From positions 1 through 34,046 of the IMG/VR virus record IMGVR_UViG_3300043416_000072: a stretch of DNA of 34,046 nt; one strand, given 5' to 3'. Below, piece after piece: positions 1 through 9,511 of the stretch. The notes below the pieces were generated by a model. That model did not search any database and had not been told where the DNA came from. It saw only the letters and a list, made by a program, of their open reading frames with translations. Every line of letters starts with the position of its first letter. Within the stretch, counting starts at the first letter, position 1. The stretch comes from a virus (lineage: Duplodnaviria > Caudoviricetes). A program made the translations under genes and the position numbers.

Positions 1-127
1 TGCCCTGGATGCGTCTAAAACGATTGCCACTGGTGACGTTTTCCGTGTTGCTATCGGCTCTCTTAGCGTTGCCTTTGCATAATGGCTGACCTGCTTCCAC
101 CGTGGACGATAGATAGTCTTGACCAGC
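1..127. repeat. Terminal direct repeat (copy 1), identical to 33920-34046; circular assembly overlap
   Basis: The first 127 nt (TGCCCTGGATGCG...CTTGACCAGC) recur exactly at the window end, and ORF 33615..34001 runs through the repeat into the start of ORF 82. Confidence 0.97.
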
Positions 128-969
128 TTAAAGCTAGTCTTGACGATCTGACGCTCACGCTGGATAGCGAGCTATACATCACATCGGTCACTCGATGGGA
201 TGCCTACGCAACAGTTAGCGCAACAGCAGAAGTAACGGCTAACGCTGTTCGTGTTCAAAGCGCGTCTGCCTCAGTAACCTCAACGGCAAGCGTAACGGCT
301 GACGGAACCCGTGTTCAAAGTGCCAGCGGTAGCTTTACTGCTGACGCTACAGTTTCTGCTGACGCAATCAAAGTTCAGCTTGCAAATGCGGCTGTAACCG
401 CTACCGCTGAAGTTTCTGCTACTGCTACCCGCGTGCAGTCTGGTGCTGCCGCTGTTAGCGCTGAAGCTAAGGTTACAGCCAATGGCACTAGAGTTCAATT
501 CGCTAATGCCGCCATTACTGGCACTGCAACCGTAGAGGCCTTGGGGGGCATTGTTGCTAACGGCGCTGCTTCTGTAGCGGCTGAAGCAACGGTATCGGCT
601 GACGCTATCCGTGTGCGTGATGCGGTGGGCGACATTGCTTGCGCTGCTACGTTTAGCGCTTTGGGCGGGGTTGTTGCTGATGGCATTGCTATCGTTGATT
701 GCACCGCCTCCTTTGGTGCTGCTGCTAACGCTACATACGCTGGAGACTCGTCTTTTACTGGAACTGCAACAGTAACTGCAAGCGGATCAAACGGGGATAG
801 CTGGATTGTGATTGTTGAGTCCGATAACACCTGGACAACAGATTCAACTGATGAAAACACATGGACAGAGATAAGCGTTTCTGACAATACATGGGAAGAC
901 GTTGCAGCATCAAGCAACACTTGGACGCAACCATCAAACGGTAACAACACATGGCAACTACAAAACTAA
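82..969 (+). CDS. Virion structural protein with about ten 20-aa Ala/Thr/Val repeats and C-terminal 10-aa NTW repeats (fibre-like)
   Basis: 295-aa ORF with TAATG coupling to the upstream gene, periodic A-x-V-T-A-x-A-x-V-x-A-x-x-x-R-V-Q units, and a position in the tail module. Confidence 0.7.
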   Translation: MADLLPPWTIDSLDQLKASLDDLTLTLDSELYITSVTRWDAYATVSATAEVTANAVRVQSASASVTSTASVTADGTRVQSASGSFTADATVSADAIKVQLANAAVTATAEVSATATRVQSGAAAVSAEAKVTANGTRVQFANAAITGTATVEALGGIVANGAASVAAEATVSADAIRVRDAVGDIACAATFSALGGVVADGIAIVDCTASFGAAANATYAGDSSFTGTATVTASGSNGDSWIVIVESDNTWTTDSTDENTWTEISVSDNTWEDVAASSNTWTQPSNGNNTWQLQN

Positions 970-2399
970 CATTTGGCGAATGGATGCCAGATCAGCCCGG
1001 AATCTCTGGTGCGTTGACTGATGCCAAGAACGTGGTTTCTCAGGCTATTGGCTATGGCCCTTTGCCAAGTGCTGCTATCTTTTCTGCTGCCGCTGCTGAA
1101 AGCCTCACAACGCTTGTTGCTGGCAAAACACCCGCCAACACTACTAAGCTGTTTGCTGCTGGCTCAACAAAGATTTATGACGTTTCTGGCGTTGGCGCTT
1201 TGACTGACGTTTCAAAGTCTGGTGGCTATACACCCAACGGAGCAAATGACCGTTTTCGGTTTACGCAGTTTGGTAACGTCATCATTGGCACAAACAACAA
1301 TGACCCGATTCAAGCCTACACGCTAGGAACGTCAACAGCCTTTGCTGACTTGTCTGGAACAGCGCCTGTTTGCAAGTTCATAACTGTGGTGCGTGATTTC
1401 GTGGTCACGGGCTTTACCACTGAAAGCTCTGTAAAGTACCCAAACCGGGTGCGGTGGTCTGGTCTTAACGCTGAAACATCATGGGGCTCAAGCCAAACAA
1501 CACAGGCTGACTTTCAAGACATTCCTGATGGCGGTCAAGTTGTTGGTGTTCGAGGTGGTGAATTTGGTTTGGTGTTCCTTGAAAAAGGCATTAGCCGGAT
1601 GACGTATGTTGGAACACCGTTTATTTTCCAGTTTGACAACATCTCTCGTGGCAAAGGCTGTATTGCTGCTGGCTCTATTGCTCAGGTTCAAGGTATTTGC
1701 TTCTTCTTGTCTGACGATGGTTTTTATATGTGTGACGGGCAACAGATTCAAGCAATTGGCTCTGAAAAGATTGACCGTTGGTTCTTCTCTAATGCTGACG
1801 AAAGTGCCTTTGAATCTATGAGTGCGGCGGTTGACCCTGTACGCAAGCTGATTATCTGGAACTTCAAAACAGCATTTGCACAGCGCCAGCTAATCATCTA
1901 CAACTTCAACACAAAGAAGTGGACTTACGGTGACGCTGGAACAGATTACATCTCTGATGCTTCTACCTCTGCCACAACCCTTGAAGGTCTTGATGCAATC
2001 TCATCTAGCATTGACGCTTTGACAGTAAGCCTTGACTCCATTTTGTATATGGGCGGCAAGTATTTCTTGGGCGGCACTTCTGGAGCGTATGTTGTGACGT
2101 ACAACGGAGCACCAGCAACAGGCCAAATCATTACGGGCGATTTGAACGCTGGTGGGCGCTCTGTGGTGACACTGGCTAGGCCTCAGATAGATAATGGCTC
2201 TGCTGAAGTTTCCGTGGCTTCTAGGGTGCTTTTGAATCAAGGTCTTTCGTTTAGCACTCCGGTAGCGGCTGATTCTGAAAACCGTGTGTCTTTGCGCTCT
2301 AATGGAAATTACCACCGTTTCAAGGTGACTCCAACTGGTAGCAATTGGACAACGGCCGTGTCATTAGATGTTGACTTGTCTGGGCAGGGTACACGATGA
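951..2399 (+). CDS. Tail tubular / DNA stabilisation (nozzle) protein, P22 gp10-like position, beta-propeller-like
   Basis: 482 aa and beta-rich, with RVRWSG and FFLSDDGFY motifs typical of podovirus nozzle proteins; lies between the adaptor and ejection genes. Confidence 0.7.
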   Translation: MATTKLTFGEWMPDQPGISGALTDAKNVVSQAIGYGPLPSAAIFSAAAAESLTTLVAGKTPANTTKLFAAGSTKIYDVSGVGALTDVSKSGGYTPNGANDRFRFTQFGNVIIGTNNNDPIQAYTLGTSTAFADLSGTAPVCKFITVVRDFVVTGFTTESSVKYPNRVRWSGLNAETSWGSSQTTQADFQDIPDGGQVVGVRGGEFGLVFLEKGISRMTYVGTPFIFQFDNISRGKGCIAAGSIAQVQGICFFLSDDGFYMCDGQQIQAIGSEKIDRWFFSNADESAFESMSAAVDPVRKLIIWNFKTAFAQRQLIIYNFNTKKWTYGDAGTDYISDASTSATTLEGLDAISSSIDALTVSLDSILYMGGKYFLGGTSGAYVVTYNGAPATGQIITGDLNAGGRSVVTLARPQIDNGSAEVSVASRVLLNQGLSFSTPVAADSENRVSLRSNGNYHRFKVTPTGSNWTTAVSLDVDLSGQGTR

Positions 2400-2710
2400 A
2401 CCAATTTCGCACACTTCCTGTCTTTGGTGGGGATGCACGATCTACTGCCGATGTCGTAAACGGCATCATGAACGGAAAAACTAACAACACTGGGACAATT
2501 TCTTTAACTCTGTCTGCAACAAGTACAACACTAAACGACAGACGAATCAGTGGTGATAGCGTGATTTTGTTCATGCCTTTGAATGAAAATGCTGCTGATG
2601 AATTGGCTCACGGGCATATGTATGTGTCCTCAAGAAGTCAAGCAACCGCAACAATTACGCATGGAAATCATACGCACGAAATGCAATTTGCGTATGTTGT
2701 CATTGGTTAA
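2396..2710 (+). CDS. Small virion/tail-associated protein
   Basis: 104-aa ORF, ATGA-coupled to the upstream gene, beta-rich. Confidence 0.6.
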   Translation: MNQFRTLPVFGGDARSTADVVNGIMNGKTNNTGTISLTLSATSTTLNDRRISGDSVILFMPLNENAADELAHGHMYVSSRSQATATITHGNHTHEMQFAYVVIG

Positions 2711-2716
2711 AATGTA

Positions 2717-2765
2717 TATAATGGATTCCGTGGATCAACCGCTATGGAATCCGAACTTTTAGGAG
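2717..2765 (+). promoter_or_regulatory. Putative -10 (TATAAT 2717-2722), structured leader (2723-2753) and SD AGGAG of the ejection-gene cluster
   Basis: Perfect TATAAT; inverted repeat GGATTCCGTGG/CTATGGAATCC; AGGAG at 2761-2765 before ATG 2772. Confidence 0.55.
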
Positions 2766-2771
2766 TAAGAC

Positions 2772-3668
2772 ATGGCGGTAACAACCACATCACAAATTGA
2801 CCCAACAATTCAACCGTTTCTCGGTTATGGATTGAGTGAGGCACAACGGCTTTATCAGGCTGGTGGCCCTCAATATTACAGCGGTCAAACCTTTGTAAGC
2901 CCTTCGCAAACAACTCAAACAGGCCTTCAAGCTCTTGAGCAACGCGCAATGCAGGGCAGCCCTTTGGTTGGGCAAGCACAGCAGCAAATTGGCAACACCA
3001 TTAGCGGCAACTACCTGAGTGGCAATCCATTCTTTCAGGGTGCTTTTGCTCCGGCTGCACAAGCGGCTACACAGCAATTTAATACCGCCATTGGTGACAT
3101 TAGCTCTGCTGCGTCTAAGGCTGGTCGCTATGGCTCTGGCGCAATGGGTTCTTTACAAGACCGCGCTTCTGGTCAACTTGCCCAATCTTTGAGCAACACA
3201 GCCGGACAACTGGCTTATCAGAACTACGCTGACGAACGTGGTCGCCAACAAGCGGCAACAATGGCAGCGCCTGGATTTGCTCAAGCTGATTACCAAGACA
3301 TCCAAAACCTGCTGGCCGCTGGTCAAGCCCGTGAAGGCTACACAGGTCAACAGCTTCAGTCGGACATTGCACGGTTTAACTTTGGTCAAAACGCTCCGCA
3401 ACAGAACCTTGCAACTTTCTTGTCTAGTGTGTACGGCAACCCAATGGCGACATTGAAAAGCACAACCCAAAGCGGTTCTGCTGACACATCAACTTTGCAG
3501 AACTTGTTGGGTACTGCTGCAACGCTTGGCGGGGTTTACAAGAATATCGGCGGTTCGACTGGCTTGTCTAGCATTGGTAACTGGCTTGGCAGCTTTGGCT
3601 CCCCTGCTGTTGTTGATCCTTATGCCGGTTTGTCTCAGTTGGATTTTGCAACCATTAGCGGGTACTAA
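2772..3668 (+). CDS. DNA ejection / internal virion protein (Gln/Ala/Gly-rich)
   Basis: 298 aa of low-complexity helical sequence with a GRYGSG motif and Gly-rich C-terminus; first of three ORFs between nozzle and tail fibre. Confidence 0.65.
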   Translation: MAVTTTSQIDPTIQPFLGYGLSEAQRLYQAGGPQYYSGQTFVSPSQTTQTGLQALEQRAMQGSPLVGQAQQQIGNTISGNYLSGNPFFQGAFAPAAQAATQQFNTAIGDISSAASKAGRYGSGAMGSLQDRASGQLAQSLSNTAGQLAYQNYADERGRQQAATMAAPGFAQADYQDIQNLLAAGQAREGYTGQQLQSDIARFNFGQNAPQQNLATFLSSVYGNPMATLKSTTQSGSADTSTLQNLLGTAATLGGVYKNIGGSTGLSSIGNWLGSFGSPAVVDPYAGLSQLDFATISGY

Positions 3669-3670
3669 TC

Positions 3671-4993
3671 ATGGCTGGATTACTTGACATTTTTGGTTCC
3701 GGTGGTGGTCAAACTCTTGGCCTGTTGGGTATGTCGCCACAAGACATCCAGCGTTCACGCGATGACGCACAAGCGCAAGCCCTATATGGTTTGGCTGCTC
3801 GATTGTTTCAAGGTGGCAACACTGGTCAATCTATTGCTGAAGGCTTGCAACAAGGCCAGAAGATGTATAAGTCTGCAATGGATAGCCAAATGCAAGACCA
3901 ATTGCAAGGCTTTCAACTGCAAGAGGCACTCCGCAAGCGTAAACAAGAGCAAGAGGCTTTGGCCCGTCAAGCAGTAATTGACCGTGCTGTTGCCGGTTCT
4001 TATCAGCCTGCAATGGCTGGTGCGCCTGCTCAAATGGTTGAAGAAGATGGCCGCTACATGGGTGAAACACCTGCTGTTGCTGGTCGCGCTGCTGGCCTTG
4101 ATTTGCAATCACTTGCTCCGTTATTGATGGCAAGCGGCCAAGGGCGCAAAACATTGTCAGAACTTATGACGGCGCAAAAGGGCTTGGCCGGAGATACGTT
4201 CACACTTGCTGAAGGCGCAAAACAATATGCCCGTGACCCGTTTACAGGCGTAGTGCGTGAGGTTGCTTCTGGCGCTTCTAAGCGTGAGCCAATTCAATTT
4301 CAAGATTTGGGTAATGTTGTTATCGGCATCCAAGATGGCAAGGAAGTCATGCGTATGCCGAAGGGACTTGCGCCAAAAGCGCCAGAAGCAGCCCCTTCTT
4401 TGCAAACTATTGAAACAGACAAAGGCTTGATGACTTTCAACCCGAAAACTGGACAACTTGCACCATTGAGTGCAAATGGAGCACCAGTTATGGGTAAAGA
4501 AACTGGAAAGCTGACTGAAACTCAAGGCAATGCTGTTGCGTTTGGCTCAAGAATGGTTCAAGCTGATTCAATTTTGAGGCCTCTTGAAAATCAAGGGCTG
4601 AAAGACACTGGAAAGATTCGTTCTGGTGTTAGTGGAACTCTTGGTGCTGTTCCATTCATTGGTGATGCTTTATCGCGTGGCTCTGACAACATTTTTAATA
4701 CTTTGCCGACCATTTTGGGTGGCTTGAGTGAGGATCAGCAATCTGTCATTCAAGCCCGTACCAACTTTATTACTGCTGTGTTGCGGAAAGAATCTGGAGC
4801 ATCTATTGCGCCAACAGAATACGCGACTGCCGAAAGAATTTATTTTCCTGCTCCGGGAGACTCTGAAAAGATCATCAAGCAAAAGCAACAAGCGCGTGAG
4901 GCTGTGATCCGAGGAATGTCGGTTCAAGCTGGGCCGGGAGCTAAATTTATTGGCAATAACGCAGCATCTGCGCCAACATCATCGGGGTGGTAA
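3671..4993 (+). CDS. DNA ejection / internal virion protein
   Basis: 440 aa, MAGLLD start, C-terminal AVLRKESGASI...YFPAPGDS motif seen in podovirus ejection proteins. Confidence 0.65.
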   Translation: MAGLLDIFGSGGGQTLGLLGMSPQDIQRSRDDAQAQALYGLAARLFQGGNTGQSIAEGLQQGQKMYKSAMDSQMQDQLQGFQLQEALRKRKQEQEALARQAVIDRAVAGSYQPAMAGAPAQMVEEDGRYMGETPAVAGRAAGLDLQSLAPLLMASGQGRKTLSELMTAQKGLAGDTFTLAEGAKQYARDPFTGVVREVASGASKREPIQFQDLGNVVIGIQDGKEVMRMPKGLAPKAPEAAPSLQTIETDKGLMTFNPKTGQLAPLSANGAPVMGKETGKLTETQGNAVAFGSRMVQADSILRPLENQGLKDTGKIRSGVSGTLGAVPFIGDALSRGSDNIFNTLPTILGGLSEDQQSVIQARTNFITAVLRKESGASIAPTEYATAERIYFPAPGDSEKIIKQKQQAREAVIRGMSVQAGPGAKFIGNNAASAPTSSGW

Positions 4994-6829
4994 ATGGCTG
5001 ATATTACTGTTCAATTTTCTGATGGTACATCGCATATTTACGAAAATGCGCCTGACTCTGCTACGCAAGCTGATGTAATATCACGCGCAGCCAAAGATTT
5101 TGCTGGCAAAGAAATCACAAATCTTGAGCGTTCTTTAAAGAAACGGAAGGCCGAAGTTTCTCAAATCCCTGTTGAGTTGGGTGCAAACACAAAGCCAACT
5201 CTTGAACAAGAGCAATCTCTTTCCGACATCATTCGAGGCATTGTTGAAACGCCTATGGCTTTGGCGGCAAACCTAGCTACAGGGCCAATAACTTATCTGT
5301 CTGGCGCTGGCGGGCCTGAGTTTCAGCAACAAGTGGCAAAGAACATTCAATATCAACCCCGAACACAAATGGCGCAAGATGTGCTGACAAGCATTGGCCG
5401 TGGTTTTGAAGAAGCAAAAATTCCTCCATTTATGCCCGGTGCGGTTTCAATGCAGCCCTTGATGTCTAATGCTTTATCTCAAGCAAGGGCTATCGGCGCA
5501 GCGCAAGTGGCAAAAGCTCCAGTCAAAATTAACGATGTAATTAGCGCAATCCGCACACAAGAGCCAAAACCAACAATGGTGGGTATGGGCGCGGCTGAAA
5601 CCAGTAAAGCATTGGAGCGTCAAACAAGGGCACAGTCTTTGCGTGTTCCTGTTGATTTGACAAAAGGCCAAGCTACTCGAGAACCTGGTACTCAGCGATT
5701 TGAAACAGAAACAGCTAAAACTTATCCAGAAACTTCTGGAAAGCCTTTGCTTGAGCGCCAGATCGACACAAATCAAAAGATTTTGAGCAATTTTGACGCT
5801 TATACAGCAGCAACTGGTGCAGAAATGTCTGGTTTGTTGCGTCCTGTTGGTCAAATTGTTGATGCCGCATTGGTAAAGCAAGCAAAAGAAGCCATGAGCA
5901 AAGTTGATGCTTCTTATAAAGCGGCTAGGGCTTCTGGCGATACAAAAGCACTTGTCCGTTATGAACCGCTAGTCAGCTACATTGAAGAACAAGGCCCAAC
6001 AGTCAAAGAAAAGTTGGCTCCAATTCTTGGCGCTGTTGAAGACCAATTGCGAAAAAACGATCCTGATGGTTTGGGAGTTATTTCAATTGACGCTCTTGAA
6101 GACATTTATCAATTCATCGGAAAAAACGCACAAGAAGGCACTCCAAACGCCGTTCAAGCTCGTTCTTTAAAGAATTTGATTAACCAGTCAACCGAGGGTG
6201 TTGGTGGCGACTTGTATAAAAAAGCTCGTCAAATGCGTGTCCAATACGCAAGACAATTTGAAAATGCTGCCGCTGTTGACAAATTGTTGAGAAAAAAACC
6301 TGGAACAACCGACCGCGCCGTTGCTTTTGAGGATGTATTCCAACACTCTATTTTGAATGGCAGTTTTGACGACACTCGCAATATCGCTGTATTGCTTAAA
6401 AAAGGTGGTGCTGAAGGTCAACAAGCATGGAAAGAATTGCAAGGCCAAACACTTGAGTACATCCGAGATCAAGCGACCAAAAACATTCAGCGCGATGCAA
6501 GCGGAAGGCCAATTCCATCTGCTGCCGCAATTAACAAAGCTGTCCGTGATTTGGATGCGGACGGAAAACTTGATTACGTTTTTGGCAAAAAAGGCGCTGA
6601 AGAAATCCGCAATTTGCGTGATGTGATTGTTGACGTTTACAGTCCTGTTCAAGGTACAGTTAACTATTCAAACACCACAAGCACTTTGCTTAACGCACTT
6701 CAAAACATCAACAAAACTCCACTTGCAAAAGTGCCGGGAGTTGGTGCGGCAACCAAATACATTGAAGAATCTGCACAACAAAAAGCACTTAGAAAAATGG
6801 TTGATGAATCTTTAAAGTATCAGCCTTAA
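4994..6829 (+). CDS. Large DNA ejection / internal virion protein
   Basis: 611-aa helical ORF directly abutting the previous stop; synteny with P22 gp7/gp20/gp16. Confidence 0.6.
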   Translation: MADITVQFSDGTSHIYENAPDSATQADVISRAAKDFAGKEITNLERSLKKRKAEVSQIPVELGANTKPTLEQEQSLSDIIRGIVETPMALAANLATGPITYLSGAGGPEFQQQVAKNIQYQPRTQMAQDVLTSIGRGFEEAKIPPFMPGAVSMQPLMSNALSQARAIGAAQVAKAPVKINDVISAIRTQEPKPTMVGMGAAETSKALERQTRAQSLRVPVDLTKGQATREPGTQRFETETAKTYPETSGKPLLERQIDTNQKILSNFDAYTAATGAEMSGLLRPVGQIVDAALVKQAKEAMSKVDASYKAARASGDTKALVRYEPLVSYIEEQGPTVKEKLAPILGAVEDQLRKNDPDGLGVISIDALEDIYQFIGKNAQEGTPNAVQARSLKNLINQSTEGVGGDLYKKARQMRVQYARQFENAAAVDKLLRKKPGTTDRAVAFEDVFQHSILNGSFDDTRNIAVLLKKGGAEGQQAWKELQGQTLEYIRDQATKNIQRDASGRPIPSAAAINKAVRDLDADGKLDYVFGKKGAEEIRNLRDVIVDVYSPVQGTVNYSNTTSTLLNALQNINKTPLAKVPGVGAATKYIEESAQQKALRKMVDESLKYQP

Positions 6830-6852
6830 CATTTGGATTAACGGAGTAAATC

Positions 6853-8469
6853 ATGGCAAAGACAAAGATCAGCGAATTTTCCCCAACACCAGCAAACAAT
6901 ACGGATATTGATAACATCAACATTGCTGAAGGTTGCGCTCCTAGCGGCATTAACGATGCTATCCGTGAATTGATGGCCCAACTCAAGGACTTCCAAGCGG
7001 GTACTGCTGGTGACTCGTTTAACGGGCCTATTGGTACATCTACGGCTGCTGCTGGTGCTTTTACTACGCTTTCGTCTACTGGTGCAACCACTCTTGGTGA
7101 TGCCGCTGGCGATGCAATTACTGTCAACGGCGCGACCACTTTTGCCAACGTCAACCCAACACTGACAGCAGGCACAGCCAACGGCGTGGCCTACCTCAAC
7201 GGCTCCAAAGTACTGACCACTGGGTCTGCGCTGACGTTTGATGGGAGCGAAGTTTTTAAGAACAGTGGCGGCACAATTCAATACAACGACATTCGAGGTT
7301 CTGCTGCTGCAGGTACGCGCCTATCTGCTGGCGGAACACTTGGCACTGACAGTTTTGACTTGTTTCAAAACTCATCAGCAGGCTACGTTTTTAATCGTGC
7401 CAATACCCCAATCATCTTCGGCGTCAACGGCTCCGAACAAATGCGCCTGACCAGCACAGGGCTGGGTATTGGGACGAGTTCGCCTGACCAGAAACTTGTT
7501 GTTCAAGGTAGCAACGTATCCATGAAAGTCGCGGATGGTACGTACAGCTCTTTTGTTGCCACGATCAGTTCTGCAAACGCTTATGGCAACGGCTCCACGG
7601 TTGGTCAGCTTTACTTACGCGGGCAAGCTGGCATTGGTTTTTCTGGCAACAGCGGTGGCGCTACTCAGATGGTCCTCGACTCCTCCGGCAACCTCGGCTT
7701 GGGGGTTACTCCGAGTGCTTGGTTGCCTAGTTACAAAGCGTTTCAGCTTACAGGAGGCTCAATTCAGGGCGGCACAACAGGTTTGCTGGAGTTGTACGCC
7801 AACAGTTTCAGAAACAGCGATGGAAATTTTATTTACATTGCAAGCCAAGGTGCTTCTCGCTACGCAGCCTCTGATGCACACCGCTGGTACACCGCCCCCT
7901 CCGGCACAGCAGGTAACGCTATTAGCTTTACTCAGGCGATGACGCTGGATGCGAGTGGGAATTTGTTGGTGGGGACTACGAGTGCCGGTTCGGATAGGGT
8001 TCGGTTTTCCTCTCCCGGCGCAAGCACTAATCAGTTGGGGCTTGTAAGCTCAGACAATGTTGGTGGCAATGGCTACATCCAGTTTAGAAACTCAGCACTT
8101 ACTTCAATCGGTTCAATTACACGTGTTGGGACAACAGCCGCTGTCGCTTACAACACCTCATCCGACTACCGCCTAAAGAACACCGTTGCCCCAATGACAG
8201 GCGCATTGGCAAAGGTGGCATTGCTCAAGCCTTGCACATACAAGTGGAACGCTGATGGCTCTGAAGGTGAAGGCTTCATTGCTCACGAGTTGGCTGAAGT
8301 TGTGCCTCAGTGCGTGACAGGTGAAAAAGACGCTGTGGATGCTGAAGGCAACCCCAAGTACCAAGGCATCGACACCAGCTTCTTGGTCGCCACTCTGACA
8401 GCGGCCATCCAAGAGCAGCAAGCCCTCATCAACGAACTCAAGGCACGCTTGGATGCCGCTAATCTGTAA
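6853..8469 (+). CDS. Tail fibre / receptor-binding protein with C-terminal intramolecular chaperone (Peptidase S74)
   Basis: SD GGAG; repeated M-x-L-[DT]-x-[ST]-G shaft motifs; SSDYRLK autocleavage motif, GFIAHEL, and a terminal coiled coil (AIQEQQALINELKARL). Confidence 0.9.
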   Translation: MAKTKISEFSPTPANNTDIDNINIAEGCAPSGINDAIRELMAQLKDFQAGTAGDSFNGPIGTSTAAAGAFTTLSSTGATTLGDAAGDAITVNGATTFANVNPTLTAGTANGVAYLNGSKVLTTGSALTFDGSEVFKNSGGTIQYNDIRGSAAAGTRLSAGGTLGTDSFDLFQNSSAGYVFNRANTPIIFGVNGSEQMRLTSTGLGIGTSSPDQKLVVQGSNVSMKVADGTYSSFVATISSANAYGNGSTVGQLYLRGQAGIGFSGNSGGATQMVLDSSGNLGLGVTPSAWLPSYKAFQLTGGSIQGGTTGLLELYANSFRNSDGNFIYIASQGASRYAASDAHRWYTAPSGTAGNAISFTQAMTLDASGNLLVGTTSAGSDRVRFSSPGASTNQLGLVSSDNVGGNGYIQFRNSALTSIGSITRVGTTAAVAYNTSSDYRLKNTVAPMTGALAKVALLKPCTYKWNADGSEGEGFIAHELAEVVPQCVTGEKDAVDAEGNPKYQGIDTSFLVATLTAAIQEQQALINELKARLDAANL

Positions 8470-8479
8470 AGGAAACATC

Positions 8480-8779
8480 ATGACTATCTTCAAAATCTCT
8501 ACCCTTGATCGTGACACTGCTGATGGCTATGTCACAGTGGCGCACTGGACGGCATCGCAAACCGATGGCGACTACACTGCATCAACATACTCCACCGTTA
8601 GCTTTCCAGAAGTTGAAGGCTCTATGATTCCTTATGCTGACCTCACCGAAGAAACAGTGATTGGCTGGGTTAAGGCTTCTCTGGGCGCTGAAGGAGTTAA
8701 AGCTGTTGACGATGCTTTGGCAGCCAACATCGCTGAGCAGAAAGCCCCTAAGAAGGCTGTTGGCACACCTTGGGCTTAA
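8480..8779 (+). CDS. Small tail-fibre-associated protein
   Basis: SD AAGGA then ATG 8480; IPYADLTEETVIGWVK and terminal G-x-PW motifs common in genes following S74 fibres. Confidence 0.7.
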   Translation: MTIFKISTLDRDTADGYVTVAHWTASQTDGDYTASTYSTVSFPEVEGSMIPYADLTEETVIGWVKASLGAEGVKAVDDALAANIAEQKAPKKAVGTPWA

Positions 8780-8790
8780 TGGGGTGAGGC

Positions 8791-8970
8791 ATGACAACCA
8801 TTGACAAAACCACTGCTCGTCTTGAAACGCATGAACAAGTTTGTGCTTTTCGATATGAGCAAATCAATGCTCGTCTAAAACGTCTTGAGGGCGTTATCGT
8901 GACTGCTTCTGGTGTCATGATTATGTCAATGGCTGGCGTTATATTCTCTGCCATGTGGCTGACAAAATGA
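8791..8970 (+). CDS. 59-aa coiled-coil plus single-TM protein (XhlA/holin-like); not in ORF track
   Basis: Translated by hand: MTTIDKTTARLETHEQVCAFRYEQINARLKRLEGVIVTASGVMIMSMAGVIFSAMWLTK; SD GAGG. Confidence 0.75.
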   Translation: MTTIDKTTARLETHEQVCAFRYEQINARLKRLEGVIVTASGVMIMSMAGVIFSAMWLTK

Positions 8971-9059
8971 AAGACTTTGCCGAGGCTTTGGTCGCGGCGG
9001 TCTTCATTGTTGGCATTTTCATTTGGACGGTGAAAATTCTTTTTGAGGTGCTTAGATGA
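8967..9059 (+). CDS. 30-aa hydrophobic peptide; not in ORF track
   Basis: MKDFAEALVAAVFIVGIFIWTVKILFEVLR; ATGA overlaps with both neighbours. Confidence 0.6.
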   Translation: MKDFAEALVAAVFIVGIFIWTVKILFEVLR

Positions 9060-9511
9060 TTGCAGAACTTGCGGCTGCTAATGCGGCTTTTGCAGTTATC
9101 AAAGCTGCTCTAGCAAATGGCAAAGAGTTGTCTGCTATTGGTGGTCGAGTCTTTGACTACTTTGACAACAAAGCAAAACTCCAAGAGAAAGCCACTAAAA
9201 AGGGTGGTGGTGCTGAACGCTCCGACATGGAGGAGTTCATGGCCTTGGAGCAACTCAAAGCGCAAGAAGAGCATCTCCGAGAGTCAATGGTCTACGCTGG
9301 TCGTGCTGGTATGTGGGATGACTGGGTAAAGTTCCAAGCTCAAGCTGCTAGACGTAGACGAGAAAACAAAGAGGCTGCTGCTCGGGCCATTGTTCTCCGC
9401 AAAAGAAGGGCAGAGCAGCTTGTCGAATACTTTGCCGTTGGCTTGGCAACAATAATTTTTGCTGGCCTGATGATTTACGGCATCGTGCTGTACATGAGGC
9501 ATCTGCGATGA
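9056..9511 (+). CDS. Helical protein with C-terminal TM segment (lysis region)
   Basis: 151 aa, SD GAGG, hydrophobic YFAVGLATIIFAGLMIYGIVLY tail. Confidence 0.7.
   Translation: MIAELAAANAAFAVIKAALANGKELSAIGGRVFDYFDNKAKLQEKATKKGGGAERSDMEEFMALEQLKAQEEHLRESMVYAGRAGMWDDWVKFQAQAARRRRENKEAAARAIVLRKRRAEQLVEYFAVGLATIIFAGLMIYGIVLYMRHLR

Noticed and set aside
1-127. 127-bp terminal repeat as a biological direct terminal repeat
   Set aside because: It falls mid-gene, and 127 is a common assembler k-mer length, so it is best read as a circular contig overlap. It indicates completeness, not the packaged ends.
6853-8469. Diversity-generating retroelement or invertible tail-fibre switch
   Set aside because: No reverse transcriptase or invertase ORF, and I saw no template/variable repeat pair differing at adenines.
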